A stretch of DNA of 63,854 nucleotides, counting the filler, from Choristocarpus tenellus KU-1152 (Eukaryota > Protista > Phaeophyceae): assembly GCA_964200185.2 (NCBI GenBank). It is 6 parts of 6 records of this genome, joined end to end, with 100 filler letters (N's around TTAATTAATTAA, not from the genome) between each part and the next. Parts side by side here need not be neighbours in the genome. Positions count along the whole stretch, not along the records: positions 39,085 to 48,090 come from CAXNAD020004091.1; positions 48,191 to 55,364 come from CAXNAD020006582.1; positions 55,465 to 60,688 come from CAXNAD020011444.1; positions 60,789 to 63,854 come from CAXNAD020022559.1; 2 more parts are not named here. One strand, given 5' to 3'. Position 1 is the stretch's first letter. Each line of letters opens with the position of its first letter. The notes beneath the pieces were generated by a model. That model searched no databases, had not been told where the DNA came from, and saw only the letters and a program-made list of their open reading frames with translations. Made by a program: the position numbers and the translations under genes. Below, one piece after another: positions 47,787-60,999 of the stretch.

Positions 47787-48950
47787 AGCCTGTTCTTTTC
47801 TTCTGGCTTTGAAACACAAAAAGGCGTCCGTTGTGACTCAAAGGGTAATTGAGCTCAACAAGAGGGCAAGCCGTATGATAGGGTGGATTTTACTCTGTGC
47901 ATCCATGGCATGAATTGACTTGTTGTTGGACTACCTTCTTGACCCAGTCCTGGTGTTTGCCAGAAATTTCTCTTGGGACTTGAGAACCAACAGCCCCCAG
48001 TTTTCCGGTTCTCAGAGCCCCTTGAGTGTCGAAGTATCTGGGGGGGGGGTGCTGGCGTCCTTTTTTGACCCTGGCTTAAATGTATCTGGGNNNNNNNNNN
48101 NNNNNNNNNNNNNNNNNNNNNNNNNNNNNNNNNNTTAATTAATTAANNNNNNNNNNNNNNNNNNNNNNNNNNNNNNNNNNNNNNNNNNNNCCCTATACCC
48201 TTTCCTCCCATACCTATGCCCCATCTTTCCCCCTCCCCCCTCCCCGCCTGTGTTGCTATACTGGATATAACTAAATGATGGTCTTTGTCAAGGTGACATA
48301 CTCTGGACTTCTAAGATTAAAAATAAAAAAGTTCAAAAATGGTCGCGTCCACAGCAGCTCTAATATTCACTACTTTACTCATACCTCAAATAGAGTCAGT
48401 TAGTGACCTAATTTTTTCTCAATTTTTGTTTTGTTGTGAGTGTGTGTGTGTGTGTCTCCCTCTCTATGGAGTGGAAAGATTAATTTATATCTTCTGGTGC
48501 ATTACAGAACCAGAACTCAATGTTATGGAAGGAAAGGTCTGCTTCCCCACCAGGTCACCCTGACTTATATAATTTATATGTGTGTTCAATGTACTATTGA
48601 TGTGTGTTATTAATTGAGCTTCACATCCCTGCCCTACATCTACCTCCGCCCCAGTCTAATTGATCCCTACATCATACCTCCTTTCTGTGCACCCCCTTCC
48701 CATCCTACAGTTGCAGAGCCTCCTGTGTAAGCTCTAGAGCCCTCACCCTCTCCTTTTTTTAATTATTATTCTCACCTGTCATGCTCCACTCTACTTCGCC
48801 TCCAAATTTTCATAGGAAAATCTACTGAACCTCTGTTGTGCAAACGCCTCCCTTCCTAGCTTCCTAGATTGGCACAAGACAAACCGTTACGTCAATTCCG
48901 CTGTGCTGGCTCTTTTATTTTTATTTTTTCTTGGGGACGTGTTTCAACAG

Positions 48951-51247
48951 GTGCTGGGCGTATGAGACAGCAGTTCTTCTTGGGGAGGAAGTATCGGACG
49001 ATATCCCATACAACGATTACTTTGAGTACTTTGCCCCAGACTTCAAGCTGCACTTGTCGCCTGTAAGTTTTATTTTATTTTAAGTTTTTGTCTTGCAGCG
49101 TGGTTTCCTCCTCCCCTTGCCCCTGTTGAGAATGAAAGAGTGTTGTAGTATTGTAGTATTTAGTATTGTAGTATTTAGTGTTGTAGTATTTCTTGAGGCG
49201 TGTTTGTGCTCGTGACACAGTGATGTGAACAACTTTTTTTTTTTAAGGCAATTTCAAACATCTGTATCTTGAAGTATAGTGTGTGTGTGTGGGGGGGGGG
49301 GTTGCATGACAGATTGTATCCTATTGACTGATTGTGAGATGAAAATCGTCCTATTGGTTGAAATGTTGGCATTTGTGCCGTGCCCCTTACCCCTCTATCT
49401 TATTACTCCTCTGTAAGTATTTGTTTTGTGGAAGTGAAGGCCCTTATATTCTTTATATTTATTTGTTCTGGATCTTTTTTTTTGAAGGATCATGATGCTC
49501 TCTGTGGTAATCAGTAGTGTTGTGATGATAATAGTGGGAAATAGTGACATCTTTTGATATTAAATAAATAAACTGTAGTCTGACCTATACGGTAAGAAAA
49601 ATTGAGTGTTTTCTTATTGTTTTTAGTATTGGGTGAAACTGTCGTAGAGGTTACGAGTTTTTAATGACACCCTGTTTGTACATTTGGGGCTTGGCTTTCC
49701 ACGGGTTTTTAATGACATTTTACATTTTACCTACTCCAAAATGTTTCGGAGTATGTAAAATGTATACGTTATGAAAATGTGTGTCCGGAACAAGGATATT
49801 GACATCTCCTAACAAAAACGTGATGGCCTAAATTCCTTTCAAATTGCAACATTGGATTTTGGCCCCCAAATGGACGTGACTCTACCCTCTAAGATTCTTT
49901 AACTCATTAATGCTCTACTGTTGTGGTAGTAGCTTATGAAAAAGAAATCATGTAGTTGTGTTACCAAATTAAGTTGGATTGAAAGGAAACATTCCCCCAT
50001 GGTTTTGATGAAGGGAGTTGAGTCTTCAAATTCTATGTTTTTATTTCTGAATATAGTTTTAAACCTTGTTATTTATGTATCCGTCATACTGATCAACCTT
50101 ACCACTGAAACATACCCCAATTTCCCTATTTATAGCTGATTTAATCAAAGTAGGTAGACTCTCCTTTTTTTTATGAGATTGGTGATAATAATAATAATAA
50201 TAATAATAATATTAATACCTTTATCATCCAATAGTAGTGGGGGGTTTTCAGAGCCAATCAGGCTGAGATGTTTCACAAGAATAATAATAATTTCTTGTCA
50301 GTATGATGTATATAATATTTCATTGCAAAAGGACTGTTCAATATATTATTGACAAACGTATTGTGTACACAAATGAATTATTCCACTGCAACCCACCCTG
50401 GACATGGTGTTTGGCAGTTCCCCTCCATGGAAAACCATAACAGCAAGGAAACACTTGAGAAGAACACCAACATCATCCTCAGGCAGCTGGGAGGCCTTCA
50501 GGGAGCCCCTAGTGTGCAGTTTCAGGAGGTGAGCAAGAAGAAAAAAGCCTTCCATGTATCTAGACGATGAATCAATTTGATTTCTGGTCCTGCACAATTT
50601 CAAGGTGTTTTATATGTGTATATAGTGAAGGATCTCAAGAGGCAAGGAATGCACTAGCAAGAGTAGGACATTCCTCATCAAGCTCCCACCCTGCCCTATT
50701 CCACCTTCATTTGCTTGGTATTTGTTCTGAATCGTGTATTAATTAATTTGTTGATTTTTTTTTATAAATGCAGCTACCTCCAGATTACATCACCCCCCAA
50801 CGGAGTGAGGACTCAGCAGACCCAGACCAGCGGTCACAACGCCTTACCAAGGAGGGAGCCAAGCGGCGTAGACACCCAGCCGAGCTGTACGACCCTAAGG
50901 GAACAAATGGTGGTGGTGGTAAGGCAAAGGGAGGGGGTGGGGGGGGGGGTGGTACTGGCTCCAGTGGTACAGGTGGTAACAGTATGGATACATCACAAAC
51001 AGGACCAGCGATGGACCAGAAGTCAGATGTTGAGATGGGTGAGGCAACAGAGGAATCGAAAAGTAGTGCTGGGGAGGGGACAACAGCGGAGGGAGTGCAG
51101 AAGACTTTGTTGGGGTCAGAATCAGGGTCAGTTGGAGGGATGGGAGGAAATGGAGAGGAGGGGGGAGATGCCATGTCAACTGAGCGTAATGGATCGGCTG
51201 GGGACAGGGGGGATAGCAAGGGGAACAACAGTATGGAGGACGATTGA
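48951..51247 (+). CDS. RPD3: Class I (RPD3/HDAC1-3-type) histone deacetylase, 3' portion; exons 48951-49062, 50418-50528, 50774-51247
   Basis: Spliced translation (R)[52 protein letters not shown]...[13 protein letters not shown]...EDSADPDQR matches the class I HDAC C-terminal signature RCWxYET...[16 protein letters not shown]...MxNxN...APSVQ. Canonical GT-AG sites in phase. The 5' exons lie outside this contig; exact paralogue unresolved. Confidence 0.95.
49631..49905. mobile_element. MITE family A in HDAC intron, TSD ATT
   Basis: gggtgaaactgtcgtagagg...ccctctaagattctttaactc flanked by att/att. Confidence 0.88.
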
Positions 51248-53623
51248 TGGGGTGATTGATGGTTAGAAATGTTCTCCTTTGTTAGTGAAGAGGATTGAGA
51301 CTTCAGTGCCAAATGAATGAAGTTTGTTGTGGAGGTAAGATAAGCTCAGGGTCAGGTGTTGGTAGGGTGTGGTGAGGATGTGGTGAGACTGCAGAGAAGT
51401 ATTTGAGAGGGTTGTGGAGAGGTGTGAGCTGCCAAGTCGTCTTTGGTAAGGCAGGAGTGAACAAGTGTTGATGGAAGTGAATGTGAGAGTGGCACAGCGG
51501 GAATGAGATGGGTTGTTGTCGTATGATGAGACTTGTGGAGACTGGTGGTTTTGTGCGTTAATAATTAGTAAATATTCATAGTATTGATAGTGTGGTTCGA
51601 TCAATATCAACATGTGGGAACATCTGATTTTGTGTGTGTAACATAAGTTGAAAGGGGGGCTCTTTTTGGATCAATTGTTTTAGTTAGTATTCTTGTACAG
51701 AGTGCATTACTCACCTTGGATAAGTACATGCACATAAACACCAGTCACTATCTAAGTATACTGACAAGGGTTTCTATTTCCACAGGTAAGTAACCATGGA
51801 GAGGTTATGTTAGGTAGGAAGGGTTTGGACTTTCATGTTAATCCTCACTTTTGTGTCAATTTTGAGCTAATAGTATAACCAGGAGTGATACTGTGAGTTC
51901 TTATTGCCTTTGTATTCTTGCCAAAAAGAGCACTTCTGACGAGACATGGGGATGTTTCTCCTTAAGATGGTTGTGGAAGGCAAGATTATGAGGAGTTTGA
52001 GCAACGGTCTGCAGCAATGGTCCTTAGCAAACTCAGTGCTTTAGGCTGCTTGTGTGGAGATGAACCAGAAGATGCAATGGCAAAAGTATGTTTGCCTGCA
52101 TTGGTGATAGGGAGGGATATCTCCCATACACTGCTTACCACCACTGGGAGGCATTTGTATACCATAACCACTCTGACAATGTCTGTTTACTCGCCTTTTT
52201 TCTTATTAAGTCGATGTTTTAAGAGTGGTACTCTGGAGGGACCTCCAACTTCTGGCAGGGACATTATGCCGGGCCATAGTTAGTGGTTAGACTCGATCTG
52301 AACCAGCCACTGCACCAACTACGATGGACAACACTAGCTTTGACAAGAGAAACAAGGTGGATTTACATAGTAGTGTGTTGTTCGAGAGAGCACGTAGTAG
52401 AGAACTCTCATAAGAGTAGTTGGGGTGACTAGAAATAGTTGTCATTTACAAAAAGGTCTATGGTCAAGTAAATTCCAGAGTCGTGAGTTCTGAAGAATCA
52501 ATGCTGACGCTTCTTCGGGCATTAGGTGAACTGGGGAGGTCCACCTCGCCGCGCAGAATGACTTTTTCACATTGACTACCTTTCCTTATTCCTTAGCAGG
52601 TGTCAGGCACCCCCGGTCGGCTTAGAAATAAGATCGATCAATCTTTCTCTAGATTCTTCTCCTTCAACGCGTTGAACTGAACATAGCATGTAATTCAAGG
52701 TGGGAACTACACGTTGTAGTAGTGAGAGATTACTTCTCCATCGTCTTGAAAGGTGTTGAAGGACTGAGGCATGTTCGCTTTTTGTCTCCTTCATGATGAA
52801 TCTGAGGGCAACAATGTACCAATGATAGGTGGAGCTAACTTTGTCTGAGACGCAATGCAAACTATAATGATGATTCGATGGCGAGAATTCAACCTCGATG
52901 TATATCCAGGAACCTGTCTTGTGCGACGAGGGTTGTCAAGGTTATCTGAAGGTGAAACGTCGCTTCTCTCAAACTGATAGACCTAGCTTCGGTGCATGCT
53001 TCCTCAATGGTTGTGTCCCCGACTATTGAAACTCCCTCCTACATACCACTGTGCCAGGATATAGTAAACAGGAGGAGAAACATGGAATATATCGTCGATG
53101 TGCTTCTTGCACCTAACATGGACCGGACCATAAGAATGTTAACGAAAAAAGGGTGCATCGAATTTGTAGGGTGAGACATTCTTCACCTCATCCTCTGCTC
53201 TTCCGAAACACATGAATGCTATATTGTGGAGGAGATGCAAGGCCACCTCATATGTGGTACCGATCGATGTTGTCGAGAAAACATATTGATCAAATTATTT
53301 AGGATAAGAGATGAAAAAATATAATACGAGATGACCAACCTAATGGTAAGTAAATTGAAAAAAAGAAAAACGAATTACAATCTTCTTTTAGCGGTTTCTT
53401 GTCGTTTTTCCGCAGAAACACCATTGCGATTTGCGTTCGTTCTCTATGCTCAATTCGTTTGGGAGGGAAATCTTCGAGACTCTTTAGAGGTAGTCCTCAC
53501 GAAAACTTGGTGGGCACTGACCCCATAGTTACTCTATCTGGGACAAAAGTAGACCATCAACGACATCCAAGCGTGTGCACATTTCCAGCCTGGTTTTGCA
53601 ACGTGTCATACACTATCTTGAAC

Positions 53624-54254
53624 ATGGAGGACACGGGTAGTACAGACAAGGAAAAGGCGGCGAACGCTAAGCCACGATCCGGATTCCTGGCATGTCTCCT
53701 TGAAATGGTCAAAGTTGAGGACCAGTCGATCATACGCTGGGACTCAGAACAAGGTATAGTGGTGTTTGGGAGTGTTCGCGGTAGGTACTTGTTCTTTGCA
53801 CTCAAATGAGCAACGTGATCCATATTTGAACTGCTGCGATGTTTTGCTTACCTGATCATGTCCAACTGTTACGTACCAATCCACGAAATCAGGGAGGTTG
53901 ATCATTCAGGACCCCCGACGACTCGGGGAGGAGGTGCTCTCGAAACACTTCAGGCATAAAAGATACACCTCGTTTCAAAGGCAATTGAACAATTTCAACT
54001 TCCACAAGGTCGAGGGGAAGGGTCAACTTGCTCCTTCGATCTATGCTCACGAGCATCTCAAGGGCCTAGCAGCGGAATCTATTCTAACCGTGGAGCGTAA
54101 AGCCATTTTAGCCGTGCAGAGTAGACGGGGCAATTCAAAGGGGTCCTCAACTCCAACAAGCCCTTCCGTCTCGGCAGACAGCGACTCGTCTAGTGGCGTT
54201 GGCGGTTCTACTTCTGCAAACGAGGTGCGGGTCTTCAGTACGAAGAAGAAGTGA
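53624..54254 (+). CDS. HSF: HSF-type DNA-binding domain transcription factor; exons 53624-53753 and 53893-54224 (or read-through to stop at 54254)
   Basis: GFLACLLEMVKVEDQSIIRWDSEQG|RLIIQDPRRLGEEVLSKHFRHKRYTSFQRQLNNFNFHK contains the HSF signature F..K/CL..M...I.W...F(Q/V)RQLN..F.K; phase-1 intron 53754-53892; 3' structure uncertain. Confidence 0.9.
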
Positions 54255-55489
54255 TACATTCGCTCTGCTCGCTACACCACTATTATGAGTCGCTGCCAAG
54301 TATCAAACCCAGCCAAAGAAGAGGCAATGGGTTGGGTTTACCATTATAAAATGCACGTATGTCTCTTGTGACATATCCATTGAATGAGCCCCAACTCCCG
54401 CATACCCACCCATCTTATGGTATTGGCAGTTGAGGAAGAGAGTGGTAACACAAGGTGTTCACAGGAACTACTTTTTTGCCTTGCTGGTGGATCTGATATT
54501 GTTCGTGTTGCAAAACTCACACGTTGTCCCCAACCCAAAACCTAACCCCAATGTTGACTCCCCATGTTTCTTTGTAACGACCTGTTTACAGCATGATTGG
54601 TCCTACTACACAGAGGTATTCCCTTCAGCATCAGTCTTCAAGACCTTCAGACATATGGCCAAGACAAAGTGAGAGAAGAGAAGTAAATTTTCAAGGCTCA
54701 ATTCATGGTCTTCTGTCCATCAGAACATGAGTATCCCCAATCTTAGTCCTTGCGCCCACTGTAGACCTGACGTTGGTTGAGAATGCCTCTACCCCAAGAG
54801 TAGAGTAATATATACGATACCCAGACTAATGTTCTAATTCTCTCAACTGATCATTGTTTTTAAGCAACCCTCCTGCATTAACCACTTTAACTAGCTTTTT
54901 CTGTGTATACAGTAATTACTAGCTCTACACACAAATCCTCCTGGTGGTTGTGCCGTCTTCCCCTATCCCTAAGAGCACATTACATTCCTCCCCTCGAGTA
55001 TCTTTTGCAGATCCTCGATTCCGAAGACTTTAATAGCCATTTCAATGATTCCTGCTGGAGGAATGGTCTAAGATCCACACCTTTGCAGGAATTGAACCAC
55101 CCCAATCCAAGTGCTAAGCATAACCCTATATCCCTAGCACCCCAATATCTCCAGTTCCTGACCACCAGCAGGCCCTCTTTCAATGCATGTGATCCTGTAG
55201 TCTGCCCTAGCCTGTTCCAACCTCAAACTTACTCCTAACACTGAAACACAAGCTTAACCGCACTCTTCTACCCAAGCAATTAGACCCTCTTTGATCCCCC
55301 CCCCCCCCACCATGACCGACTAGTTGTTCTTTTTTGCCGTGGGGCCGTGTCAAACCCATGCAAANNNNNNNNNNNNNNNNNNNNNNNNNNNNNNNNNNNN
55401 NNNNNNNNTTAATTAATTAANNNNNNNNNNNNNNNNNNNNNNNNNNNNNNNNNNNNNNNNNNNNGCATTGACGAGGACTGGAACTCATG

Positions 55490-55567
55490 ATCCTGCACTT
55501 TTCCTACTTTTGGTCCAAAATGGACACCCTGGCGTAGAACCCCCTCCCCCCACAGATACTTTGGGTC
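55490..55567. mobile_element. Partial MITE family B
   Basis: aaatggacaccctggcgtagaacccc...cagatactttgggtc. Confidence 0.8.
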
Positions 55568-58500
55568 TGGGTGCTTAACATCCCTACTGTCAGACAAGTG
55601 AGCGAAATAATTCCTTGATGATTGAGAACCAAAGTTTTGCCTATATTGTCATCCTGGGATGACAAATCACAATGACACACTGTGGGCAATTCGCAACCCT
55701 AAAAGAACACTACCGGAATCTGTGAACAATGTAACGAATCCCTGCTTTCAAAAATAAAATGGATCGATTTTGCCCTGAAACATTCTAAGAGCAAACAAGT
55801 ATCTACCTTGAAGCATAAGAACCTATAACCCTTCATCTAATAAATATTTATTCGATACATATATTTATATATATATATAATAAATAAATAAATATTTCTT
55901 ATAATATTGCGTACAAGGGCAAAGTACACTTTCGAGATGGAAGATAATATTATCCTCACAATCAGATCAGACACTGCTACTACACAGACTCCCACCCATC
56001 ACCTTTATCCCTCTAAGTTGGCTACATTGCTGACAACCCATTCTGAACGAAATGTAGACAGTCTAAAAATAAGCGCTTTGTTCAGTCACACGTACTACGC
56101 GAAAGGGTATGATATCCCAATCCCTCTTGAGCATCATGTTAAATGGGAAACAAAGCATCGCACTCCACTTCACTTCACCATACAACACAACACCCAAGAA
56201 AGAAGACGAGCCAAGGAAGTGGTCTTATCGTGTTGAATTTCTTTTACCGTCTGTCCAAAACATTAGTTTAACCTGACTGAAGATATTTACTATATTTTAA
56301 TCTACCTTTGACAAAACCTTAGAAATATGTCACCTCACCTTGCCAACAGTAAAGTCAAGGTCTACAATAAATATCCACAATGAGAGGGCTGAGACTCCAC
56401 TAGGAATCGAGATCGCCACAGGCCACCCACCATGCCATGTCAAGCGTGGCTTTCACACGCACATAACCTAACCCATAAAATCAACGACATCTATGAGTCA
56501 CTCCGCGCATCAAACAATCGCCCAATATTTGTGCTCGGAAAATCATCCCGCTGATGGATGCCCGCAGAACACAAGCAATCCACGGCTGTAGACCTCATCC
56601 AATTAGCTAAGTTTCCTTTACCCTGTATTCCTGGCATCTTCTCTCTACCAGACCCTAATTGACGTTAAAGAAGAGCATCCTGTCTCTGCTTCGTCCTCGT
56701 GTTTTCCAGGTGTCTCGTTCACCTTGTCGCCTGATTGTGAAGTAGCTATGTTGGTGTGCTTGGGAAGAAGCTCAAGGAGTATCCGTGCACTGGAGACAAC
56801 ACTCCCTCGATTCCGGTTGCTGTATCTGTTTCTTCAAAGGGACTACCACTTCCTGAAGAATAGCACCAAGGCCCTTGGAAGGAGACTACCAGATAATAAT
56901 CCAAACTATGCGCTAGCTAGCCCAGCGCTTACCATCTGCGAGGGAAGATAATGGAGAACATAATGGAGAACAGCTTGGAGTTGATGACTCATTGGTTGAT
57001 GGCTCATTTGAAGTCAGTCGTAAAGGAAGAAGGCCCAGGATTGTATTAGACGGCTTGCAGACGCCGACGCCGGCACCACAACAGGTCGGAGAAGTCAGCA
57101 TGCTTCCCACGTTGGCAGATCTTGGGTAGGGGACAACTTCTTAGGTGATTTGGTACTTGGAACAAGCCTGTAACGTAGTGTAGATACCCCCAAATGTGTA
57201 CGGGGCTAAATCCACAAAAATAAACCTACGTACCCCATTATTTCCTACCTATGAGAAAACTGTAACATATATTAAACAGTAGAAACGGACAATTCCCATT
57301 TGTAGGTCACACAGATAAATCCTAGGATAAATCCTAGTGGGTGGTACATTGGATAGGATCAACTACACAACCCACGGCACATATATTTATATTTCTTAAA
57401 ACAGACTTGGATTTGTTCTGTTTCGTTATTTCAGTAAGGGTTAGGGTTTTTATTCTAATATACTTGCACACACGTGATGATGATGTCTATATATAAAACA
57501 TACGCCCAAAGTTAGATCACGAGATAAATCCTAGTGACTTTAGAAATAATCAGTACAATATTTGTAACTCCGAATGGGAAATAGATGAAAATTTATGAAG
57601 AGCAATCCCTTAATTGAGACAATTCTAAGAGGCCTCCGTTTTTTTCATGATATATTTATTACGTACAAGAAATATACAAAGAAACGAAAGAAGAAAAAGA
57701 AGGACGCGAGGAAGTTGTAAAATTATAAATGCCGTTTTGTGTGAATGATACCCTCACCAACATACACCTCCACTAAGGTGTACACCCACTAAGATTTGTC
57801 TCTCTGTGATCTACCTCATTTATATCTGGTACCCACATAAGGAACAGGGTAACGCCCACGCCCACGCCCACTACGATTTTCCAATACAAAACATTTATTC
57901 TTCCGTTACAATTCTCACCTTGTTTTTTCTAATTTCCGCTGACTACAAATAGATAATACTTCGCCTTCCGTACATCTACGAACGTTCATCTCTGCCATCT
58001 ACTACATACGTTTTTTCATACCCACATAGAAATACCAGAGAGGAGGAGTGCCCACACACAACAAAATTTCTAAGACAAAATATCATTCTTCTCCTTTACA
58101 ATTCCCACTTTTTTCCCCCATTTCAATTCACTATTTAATGTATAATGCCTCCTTTTGTCAAACAGATTGAAACAGGCAGACAGATTATTCAGACTGAAGT
58201 GGACTGGGAAGACCCGCAGGAGAAGGAAGGAATTCGAGAGAGAGAAAGTAGGAGGGTGAGCAATCCCCCAGGAGGTCACTCAGGAAAGAGTGAACAGACA
58301 AAAGTGAATGAGGGGAGCTCTTATGGTCCACTCAAACCACCCAATATTTACTGCAACAAGCAAATACGGATGTCATATGAAACAACAGACCCTGAAGTGC
58401 ATCTTCTCAAGGAAGGTCACCTTAAAGGCATGACTTTAGTTGGAAGATGATGACCATCACGGTTTTTCTCTACAACAACATTTCCAATTTCGAATTCCCC

Positions 58501-60272
58501 CATCCAAATGTCACACCGATGTAGTGTGATATCGAACTAGTGTGACTTGAGAACTTGGTAATGACCTCTCCCACAAATATTATGTTGGGTGCGAGTGATT
58601 GGGGTTGTGCCAACCCACACATTGCAACGCATGTCAAATTGATCTTGCATTGACTCGGACTAGGGCATGGTGGCACACAGCTCCCTCAAATAATTGTGCG
58701 AATGGGCTTGTGTCTCTCTCTCCCCATGGATTATAACTTCCACTTCGTTGACCAATTGCATGTACAGTTTCTACTGCTCCTCCTATATCTCTTCAATCAT
58801 GTTTTATCTCCTCTGATAAATCCATCCCGTCATAATTGATTTTAGGAAAACCAACTCCGCGAAAAAAAGCTTGATCCCCCCCCCCTTTCAATCGTTGAGA
58901 TTTCTGGAACCAAAATACTCTACTACTACCTCGTACCTCTTTCCTCGGTTGAAATAAAATCATATTACGTCTTCGCTGATATTTCTACCCTAGACACACA
59001 CAGAGGATATGTTACAGCACACTCCAGAGCTTACCTCCGCGGAATTGTATAGCTCCAACCCGCAGGCCTATAGATGCCGCTGATGCTTGTAGAGGACTCC
59101 TGGGATACTCCGACGGCCAAAAGGCCCAACGAGGATGATGAATATCAGGTCAGCAGATAAGGGCACTCTTGTGAATCAATAAGCATGTGTATGAGAATTG
59201 GTACCAGTTAAGAGTGAGCCGTTTGGGGTCTGAGCCGTTTGGTGCCTCTTGTCATCATTTACCACCGTTTTATTTTTGCTTCAGTATTTACAGACGTTGA
59301 AATACATCTGAGAACCGTTGCGCATACACTCCCGAGGTACAGATCTTACCGTGCAACCTTACGCATATCGGAGTTTCCCCTTTTGGGGTTCCACACGCAC
59401 GTACACACTACTCGCGCTGGTTAAAGCGCAGGAAGAAATACTTGCGCTATTTGCCTGTAACAGATACATTTAATCGAGACTCCTTTCATCGTGTACCTGA
59501 GATGTGGGTCTGCCTTATCCTTTTCTCACGAAGTTCTGGATGATATTGTTAAACCTTTCTCTCCCTCCAGACAAATGACTCCAGCATCTTGCTAATAGAG
59601 TGCTTCATTGATTGGATGGACACTACTTCCCTCCAAACCTCTTGGAGGAAATCTCAACATCTTGCCAAATAGTGCACTTGGGGGTAGTTGTGGGTAGTCC
59701 ATCACATCAACGTTGGTACTACTTTCATTTCCACTGCCCCATCTCCCGTCCCTTAGTCTCCTACCTCGTGCAACAGTTCTCTTTCTTGGTCCCTCTTCGA
59801 ACCGTAAAAGAACAGCTGACTTTCTTTACCTCTACCTTTCCTTGCTATTCATTTCATCATCTGACTTGATGCTGGGATGGCTGATACGTATCTAGATCTA
59901 CACCTATGCAATCAATGATTGTGGTATTGAACAGCTAGCTGACGTCCTTCCTTAGTGTGCATGCAACTAAAATTCCCGATTTTGTAATTCCCTAGGTGGG
60001 ACACATATGAATCAACCCCTGGTATTTCAAATGATGCAAGGTCATCGAGATAGAGGTCAGAATGGAAAATTGAGCTCCCTTGATCATTCGATGGCCATTC
60101 AGAACCCTCGGTATGGGTTGCACTCGAGATCATGGCTTCTGGGTGTCTCTCTCTTCGACCTTGTGAGACCATCTCAATGAGTGCAGTTCACGTTCCTTGG
60201 TGTGCACAGAAACAACTACTACACATAGCCCTCTAAGTTCAAGAAAGCTCTTGGGTGCTTCACATAAATAAG

Positions 60273-60464
60273 CTATAAATTGACGCTATAAAAATCTGAC
60301 CGTCTGCTACCCAAGTCCCTCAGAAAAGGGTGTCGTGCATCCATATGCTTGGTCCTGCCTGGACTCAGGGGCTTGTTAGTCAAACGAATGGCCGATGCAT
60401 TGTCCTCGCACATTCTCACTGTAGACACTACATCGCTTTCTACGTAAAGCAAAACGCAGGGCAT
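60273..60464 (-). mobile_element. Ty1/Copia RNase H remnant
   Basis: MCEDNASAIRLTNKPLSPGRTKHMDARHPFLRD matches the Copia RNase H consensus EDNxxAIxLxxNPxxxxRTKHIDxRxHFxRD. Confidence 0.85.
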
Positions 60465-60788
60465 ACTCTCTACACTGATTGTTCACAAGCATGATTCTCC
60501 AAAACATGTTCGGAGTTGATCTCTCTGCTTGCGTGCTTGATCCGACACAGAGTGTTCTGAGCAAACAATAACATTTCCCTACCACAGACCACACCCATTA
60601 CACAAACAAGCATACATATCGTCCTGGCTATTAGCCTGAACAAACAGTTGCCAAATTTAGTTGCCAAATATACATCCAATATAACATCNNNNNNNNNNNN
60701 NNNNNNNNNNNNNNNNNNNNNNNNNNNNNNNNTTAATTAATTAANNNNNNNNNNNNNNNNNNNNNNNNNNNNNNNNNNNNNNNNNNNN

Positions 60789-60887
60789 CAGATACTTTGA
60801 CCCGATAGCCAAAACTACACCAAAATCGCAACATTGAACTTTGGCCCCCAATTGGATGCGGCTCTACCCTCTAAGATACTTTGACTC
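60789..60887. mobile_element. End of a family B MITE followed by the right half of a family A MITE
   Basis: cagatactttgaccc then gatagccaaaa...ctaccctctaagatactttgactc. Confidence 0.8.
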
Positions 60888-60999
60888 GTCTGTGAGGGTC
60901 TAGGCAGTGTGTTTGGTGTAGGGACCGATGTTTGATGCTAACGTATGGTGATGTACAATGATATAATTGCTTGCCTGTGTGTTCGCCACTGGTGTTCAG

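Noticed and set aside
50785-51312. Pro-rich minus-strand ORF and alternative-frame ORF 50715-51266
   Set aside because: Shadows of the Gly-rich HDAC last exon
51280-51612. Solo LTR (TGTT...AACA)
   Set aside because: No TSD and no second copy in the window
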